From the NCBI GenBank assembly GCA_034226945.1, contig CP120463.1, forward strand, positions 1-64,000: a stretch of DNA of 64,000 nt. Reading direction: 5' to 3'. The stretch is from Picochlorum sp. SENEW3. Lineage: Eukaryota. This document shows, piece after piece, positions 57,798-64,000 of this stretch. Positions within the stretch are counted from its first letter, which is position 1, and every line of letters begins with the position of its first letter. The notes below the pieces were generated by a model. It made no database searches. It saw only the letters and a program-made list of their open reading frames with translations, and was not told the origin of the DNA. The position numbers were made by a program, and so were the translations under genes.

Positions 57798-60700
57798 TTA
57801 ACGCCCTTCGGGTATACTAGGATATGTCGTTCCAGTATTGCTTTGCTCTGAGCGAGTTCTCTTTTTTCTCTTTTGCGATACAACAACCTTTGCCTCATTC
57901 GAATTATGCATGGAGGTCGCCCCATATTCTTTCTTCTCGGCATCCTGTAATTTCTTCATGGGCCTGGAAGAAGTACTTATAGGCTGATGCTTTGTAACTT
58001 TCTTCATTGGTACAACAGGGGCCATGGGTCGAGCAGCCAAAGGCCTCATGGGAACCAGATTAACGCAATTTGATGATTTCCTCGCGGAACTCATAGGTTG
58101 TTTATCAGGGACCTTCTTCTGTCGCAAAGAATCTAATTCAGGGAACAGCTTCTCTGCACAAGCCGGTGACATAACAAGCTTCCGCTCCTCTGCATCCTGG
58201 ATGAGAGCCTTCCATTCCTTATTTGCCCGGAGGGTCGCTAAGGCACCTAAGATCCATAAACTTCTCCTTGCCCTTGTGATGGCAACATTCATTCGCCTCA
58301 CATCATTGACAAATCCGAGTCCTCCACCAGAGCCTGCCCTTACACAAGACAGAATTACAACATCAACTTGCCTGCCTTGATAGCTATCGATTGTCTCGAT
58401 TGCGACATTTTTGAGAGATTTACTTCCCCATAATTCTTCAAATCGTTTACGCAGAAGCGCTTTCTGTTCTCTATATGGCGTAATTACAGCAACTGAGATG
58501 GTCGTCGATGCAAGTTGCAGCTCTAATTCCTGCATGAGGCGGCCATAGAGACCCGCTGCTAAATCTGCCTCTGCAGCATTGCTTAGAGAGCCACCATTCT
58601 TTCCTCTCTTTTCTTGACCTTCTGCAACATCAAAAACTTGGTAGGGACCAAGAAAATTTGTGCTATGGTATGGCTCTGAAGGCATATCACACACTTCCTT
58701 GGCATCCTCCAATTTGCCATTGTAGAAATGCTGCGAGGGAAATTTTCTAATTTCTGGGTGCATTCTATACTGCACAGATAATAATGCTACTGGACAGCCT
58801 TTGCGTTGAAGCCTTTCAAATAAAGAGCGTTCCATTTGTACAGCTTTTCCAGCCTCAGATAGAATTGTGGCTGGCAACTGCTGGGGATCCCCAACAAGCA
58901 CAACACTTTTTGCGCCAGCAGTCAATGGCTGTAATGTAGCAACTTCCGATGCCTGCCCAGCTTCATCAATCAGTACCGTGTGAAATGGAGCTCTGGAGCA
59001 TGCATCCTTGAAAATTTTCCTTTGAGTAGAAGAAAGCGTGGAAAAAACCATTTCTGCCTCTGCCAAAAGTAAAGTCTCCACTTCACCTATAGCCTGGCGG
59101 CCAAAGGACCCATCCTTTGCTCCCGATACGAATGGCTTACAGGCCTGAAGTTTCTCAATCTGCTTTGAGACCCTGTCTACCGACTGAGAAATGTCCACCA
59201 ATGCATGAGCCGCAGCATTTATTTCAGACTGCGAGGATGTTTTTGACAGTGAAGCTTCCATTATTCGCCCTTCTCGTTCGACATTTTGCAATTTATGGAC
59301 ACATTCTAGGTAGCTATTCTGCCAATCCGTCTCAGACATAGATGAGTACCGCGAAACCAACGAATTCAGGAATCTATCCTTCACCCTAGGATCGACTGCT
59401 GCATCCCCGCCTATCCTCACAATATTTGGCTTGTACGCCTTTCCATTGCCATCACAAAACCCATCTTTCATCACACGTGCCATCAATTCGTCACATGCTG
59501 CATTAGATGGCGTGCAAACCAATATCCTAGGCTTTTTTGCGCCAAGTCCCAATGCATGAGACATAGAGTTGAGTCCAGAGCCAGTCTTCTTTGTTCTCTC
59601 AATAACACTTTGTATCATGATCGAATAATACTGCTGATATGCGGACAAATGCCATACATTTAAAACACCTAGGACTGTATGCGTTTTGCCTGCAATAACA
59701 GTGTATATTAGCTTTTGAGATGTGCCATACAAATGACACCATGGGAAACATGTGCATACCTGTTCCTGGAGGACCCTGAATCAGTACAAATGGCAAATTA
59801 GTATTTGAAGACCCTCCGTTTCTTGACGTCAATTGACAGGCCGTCATTTCTATTGCTTCCAGCTGCCTGTAATCATATTTGGATTTCAAAAATTGAATGA
59901 ACGGCTTGTGCTGAGCATGCTTTGGCCACATATCCCTCCTAACGGTATCATTCATATACACCCGATTCATAGAAACAAGCAAAGACGGCTTCAGAATATA
60001 TCGCATCAGGCTAGAGTCAATGCTTCTCACGGAGTGAAGAGCATCGAATTCCCGCTCAGAACTCACAAGCATTTGTGTTGGAGTTACCCACCATTCCTTT
60101 TGGACAGAATCCTTGAGCCGTTGGAATGATGATATGCATGCATGACACTCACTCTGGTTGTCCGATTCTTTCGAGAAGACTGCATTCATGTGTCGCTGAC
60201 AAATGGGATGCACCTTGATCCACAACCCCTGCTGTTGCCCCACTCCCTTTCGTAGAGCCACGCCAGCGACCAATACACCTTCCTCCTTATCTTTGCACTC
60301 CGCTCCAGCACAGGTCCAATCATGTATTCCGGACATTGAGGTAGACGGTCTTTTCGATGATAAAACAACAACCATGTTTGGTGGACACAATCGTGTCAAC
60401 TCGCTCACAGACCCCTTTCGTACCCCCAATTTCACCACGCTCCATATCTGTCTATATTGCGCTGCAGCATCCCCCTGATTTTTTAAATTGTCTACACTTG
60501 TGATAACTGCATATATCCCATGCCCCCCCTGGCAGTGCTCAATCCATGATGACCTCACACACTCCTTTGCCTCCTCAACCACCAAAGGGTCAAATACCCG
60601 TATATATTCATCAACAGAATCAAATTCCGATGGAATCGCTTCGTACTTTGGCTTTAAATCTTCACCTGGGCCATCTTTTGTATGGACATGATCGTTCCAT

Positions 60701-60822
60701 GCACCACAAGACTGGTACCATAACCCTCCACTCACAACATCCCCTTCAAATCTGCCAGCAAAATGTCTCGGTGCGACTCCCTTAGAGTGCTTCCCGGCAA
60801 CATTGGGACGCCTATATGACAT
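57798..60822 (-). CDS. Sen1/MAA3-like SF1 helicase; intron 59690-59759
   Basis: LIQGPPGTG|KT is restored across a 70-nt GT..AG intron; LVCTPSNAACDE, IDEAGQ, LVGDPQQLPAT, QYRMHP, TIDSYQG, RRMNVAITRAR. Confidence 0.92.
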
Positions 60823-61128
60823 GAAAATGGTCAATTAATCAATAATGATTGTAGATGAGCCCCAGCGAGTGGCCGGACTCTTATTGTACGACCATGTAAG
60901 TGGCGTCAACGAGAGCTCTCAGATTCCATGCACATATTTCGGATATCCAAGGATACTAAATATTCTCCTTATAGTCTAGATTGAGCAACTGAAGGCCTAT
61001 CACCCGGAGTATTAGCCTGGACAGTGCTACTGGAAAGTGCCTGGGTATATTTAAATAAGGAATTCCTTATTTAAATCCAAGATGCACATGCATGTGCCAG
61101 CGCGCTGGCCCTTTGGGCGCGACCTTGT

Positions 61129-61149
61129 AGAATTTTCTAGAAGCACGTG
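61129..61149. promoter_or_regulatory. Canonical heat-shock element directly followed by a G-box
   Basis: aGAAttTTCtaGAAg (61129-61143) is a three-unit nGAAn array. CACGTG follows at 61144-61149, about 190 nt upstream of an Hsp90 co-chaperone gene. Confidence 0.7.
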
Positions 61150-61329
61150 GATGCGATGCCATGGCACCTCCACAAACGTATGCAGAGCTATCATTGAAAT
61201 CCGTTCAGTACATAACATCTTTGGAATTAGGCGTTAAGTATTTCTGCATCCTGCAGCACTCAATCTAACTGCTTTGCACCCACTGTATTTGACAATTGAT
61301 CACGGAAAGAAGAACAACCCACAATTGCG

Positions 61330-63066
61330 ATGAGCGTGCTTGAGACAATTGAGGTTGCTAGCCCCCAGAAAGTTATCAAGGAAATATTGAAATATGGGGA
61401 GGAGGATGGTGTGCCCGAGCCTGGGGATACGGTCAGGGTGCATTATGTTGGGACCCTGCAGTCTGACGGCACTGAGTTCGACTCATCACGCAAGCGAGGA
61501 GATCCGTTCTCATTTGAAGCTGGAAAGGGATCTGTGATCAAAGGATGGGATGTTGGAGTGGCCACAATGAAGAAAGGCGAGATTTCACGCTTCACTATAG
61601 ATCCAGAATACGGATATGGTGAGAGTGGAGCTGGTGAGTCTATTCCTGGCAATGCCACATTGGTCTTTGAGGTGGAGCTACTTGGTTGGAAAAGCCATGC
61701 AGATATCACCGAGTCTGGTGATGGAGGGGTTTTGAAGTTTGTGACAAAGGAGGGTGAGGGATGGGCTACCCCAAATGAGCAGGATGACGCTATTGTTCAT
61801 CTGACTGTCAAGGAGAAGGGCAGCGAGAAAATCATATATTCTACGAAGGAGGGGGAGCAAGAGGTCATCGTTGGAAACCATCACGCGGCACTTTTCATGG
61901 GTACTGAGGCGACATCCGGCTTTCGCTGCACAGGGTTGGATATGGCAGTGAGAAAGATGAAGAAAACTGAAGAGGCCACCGTGATTATACGGGCAGGAGA
62001 GTATGGATTGTCTGCGTCAAGTGCAGAGCAGTATGGGATCGATGCACGTTTGGATTTGGAGATTCAGGTGTCGCTTATTGATTGGCACAAGGTCGAATTT
62101 GTGACTGCAGACCACAAGGTTGTGAAAAAGTCTCTGAATTCTATTGATGACTGGAAGCACCCGAATGCAGGTGCCACTGTGAAAGTAAGTTATATTGGTA
62201 GGCTTGAGGATGGGACTGTATTTGATGAGAAGCCAGAGGACTCTCCCCTTGAGTTTGTGACTGAGGAGGATCAGTGCCCTTGTGAGGGTTTGGAACTAGC
62301 AATCATGAAGATGAAATTGCATGAGCATGCTCTTGTCAAAATTGACCCGGAATATGCCTTTGGAAACTCGGGATCCGAAGATTTGAATGTGCCTGGTGCA
62401 GCAACAGTAATCTATGACATCAAATTGTTGGAAATGGAGAAGGCAAAAGAATCTTGGGATATGGATGAGGAGGAGAAGATCTCCAATGCTTCTTTGCTGA
62501 AAGACAAAGGCAATGCTGCATTTAAAGCTGGAAAAGTTTCTCGTGCTATCAAATATTGGGACCGGTCAAAGACATGTGTGGAATTCAATGACAACTTCAG
62601 TGCAGAGAACAAGGAGGAAGCTAAGAAGATTCTCAAGTCTCTGCAGTTGAATTCTGCAGCAGCATATCTGAAGATGAAAGAGCCATTGAGAGCGAGAGAA
62701 GCAGCGTCAAAAGTAATAGAAACTGATCCATATAATATGAAAGCGTTGTACCGCAGAGCACAGTCATATATTGATACTCAAGATTGGATTGAAGCAGCAC
62801 AAGATATTAAAGCTGCTCTCGGAAATGATCCAGATAACGGGGATTTCAAGATTCTTCGCAAGCGGCTCAAAACTGCAGAGGCAAAATCATCCAAGAAAGA
62901 AAAGTCTTTGTGGTCATCTACATTCCAGAAGTTAGAGATTCAGGCAAAGAAGGAGCGAGAGATCGAGAAGGCAAGGGAAGAGGAATCAAAGAAATTGGAG
63001 GAGGCACCAGCAAACGATGATAACAAGGAGGAGAACGATGCCAAGGAAGATAAGAAGGAAACATGA
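61330..63066 (+). CDS. ROF1: FKBP62/ROF1-type peptidyl-prolyl isomerase (3 FKBP domains + TPR)
   Basis: VHYVGTL..GTEFDSSR, VIKGWD, YGYG, IPGNATLVFEVEL; two further FKBP repeats; TPR motifs KDKGNAAFK and KALYRRAQ. Confidence 0.93.
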   Translation: MSVLETIEVASPQKVIKEILKYGEEDGVPEPGDTVRVHYVGTLQSDGTEFDSSRKRGDPFSFEAGKGSVIKGWDVGVATMKKGEISRFTIDPEYGYGESGAGESIPGNATLVFEVELLGWKSHADITESGDGGVLKFVTKEGEGWATPNEQDDAIVHLTVKEKGSEKIIYSTKEGEQEVIVGNHHAALFMGTEATSGFRCTGLDMAVRKMKKTEEATVIIRAGEYGLSASSAEQYGIDARLDLEIQVSLIDWHKVEFVTADHKVVKKSLNSIDDWKHPNAGATVKVSYIGRLEDGTVFDEKPEDSPLEFVTEEDQCPCEGLELAIMKMKLHEHALVKIDPEYAFGNSGSEDLNVPGAATVIYDIKLLEMEKAKESWDMDEEEKISNASLLKDKGNAAFKAGKVSRAIKYWDRSKTCVEFNDNFSAENKEEAKKILKSLQLNSAAAYLKMKEPLRAREAASKVIETDPYNMKALYRRAQSYIDTQDWIEAAQDIKAALGNDPDNGDFKILRKRLKTAEAKSSKKEKSLWSSTFQKLEIQAKKEREIEKAREEESKKLEEAPANDDNKEENDAKEDKKET

Positions 63067-63138
63067 TCATTGTGTATCCCATAATTACATACATTATTCA
63101 TGTGAAGGAATTTTGAAAACAAGGACTCACAAGGGCCC

Positions 63139-64000
63139 CTACTCAACAGGATATGGCTCGCCAGATGGTTTGAAATTATTCTTTTCAGAAAATGGCTGGA
63201 ATATCCTCTCAACGATTTCAGGAACTTCTGGATTGAATTTCGGATCAAAATCTGTAAGAACAGGAGCTAGCTGCCATCTTAATGCTCTGCGAAGCCCTTC
63301 CATTCTTCGCCTGGCAACATTCTTGTCCACCAAGAACCCAGATGTCGTGCTGAATGAAATCTGACCTCTATCAAATCCCTCACTTTCTGGTTGCCCTCTA
63401 GAAACAGCTCTCACATTTACAATCGAATCGCCCTTTAAGAACAAGAACTCTGCATCAATGATCTCAATGGGATCAACATCCTGTGAAGATTCATTTTCTC
63501 CTCCTGAAGGGTACAGAGTGATCCTGACATACTCGGAACCACCCTGCGTGGTATGTCGATCGATAAGTTCACCCTTGAATGGAACCACAGCATCTTGAAG
63601 CTTTCTCTTCGGCTTCTCCGGCATCTCTCCGTTTCGCAGAACAGCGATCACACCCTTTGCTATGTATGCAGCAGCATCAGTCTGCTGCACACCAAACGGT
63701 GAATCAATGAACGAAGGATCATATGCCCCCCCAGTCGCAACGTCAATAAGCTTTTCAATGGCTTCTGACCTGTCAGTCTCGAACTCCCAAGGGGCTATGA
63801 AATGAGACTCGTCGTCGTTTAAAGTCGATACGCAAGAGTCCAAGTTCATTGAACAGGTATTCAGTGTTTCATTGATTTCCCCGATACAATCAGGTCCATT
63901 ACAGGATCCCTCTATTTGGGAAGATTTGGGCAAATCATCTGATCCAAATGCAGCCTGAGATACTTGATTGATTAAAACTCCAGTCACTAACATCAGCCCA
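63139..64000 (-). CDS. DUF1499-family protein (probably plastid), 5'-partial
   Basis: LNTC....SCVST.....HFIAPW, EYVR, DAEFLF...VNVRAVSR, N.ARRRME.LR.AL.W. Confidence 0.75.
   Translation of the reverse strand, partial: GLMLVTGVLINQVSQAAFGSDDLPKSSQIEGSCNGPDCIGEINETLNTCSMNLDSCVSTLNDDESHFIAPWEFETDRSEAIEKLIDVATGGAYDPSFIDSPFGVQQTDAAAYIAKGVIAVLRNGEMPEKPKRKLQDAVVPFKGELIDRHTTQGGSEYVRITLYPSGGENESSQDVDPIEIIDAEFLFLKGDSIVNVRAVSRGQPESEGFDRGQISFSTTSGFLVDKNVARRRMEGLRRALRWQLAPVLTDFDPKFNPEVPEIVERIFQPFSEKNNFKPSGEPYPVE

Overview
Gene-dense, intron-poor eukaryotic nuclear DNA from a green alga. Plastid-targeted PPD5, starch synthase, tRNA-Sec and short GT-AG introns fit a compact trebouxiophyte such as Picochlorum; this taxon call is an inference. 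The window holds about 31 ordinary host protein genes. Many are broken by small indels that look like long-read consensus errors. It also holds an intron-containing tRNA-Arg(ACG), a tRNA-Sec, and a SNORD13/U13-type ac4C guide snoRNA lying just upstream of the tRNA-Sec. The stand-out region is a ~4.2 kb island at about 29.2-33.45 kb. It encodes a large (~1000 aa when frameshifts are joined) Fanzor1-type RNA-guided nuclease with all three RuvC acidic residues and a C4 zinc finger, and no transposase. The gene has very little 3' room for a canonical omegaRNA. Instead it is preceded by two TATA-led, highly structured non-coding blocks, and it abuts a 5'-truncated lipase gene. All calls come from reading the sequence and motif recall; no searches or folding programs were run.
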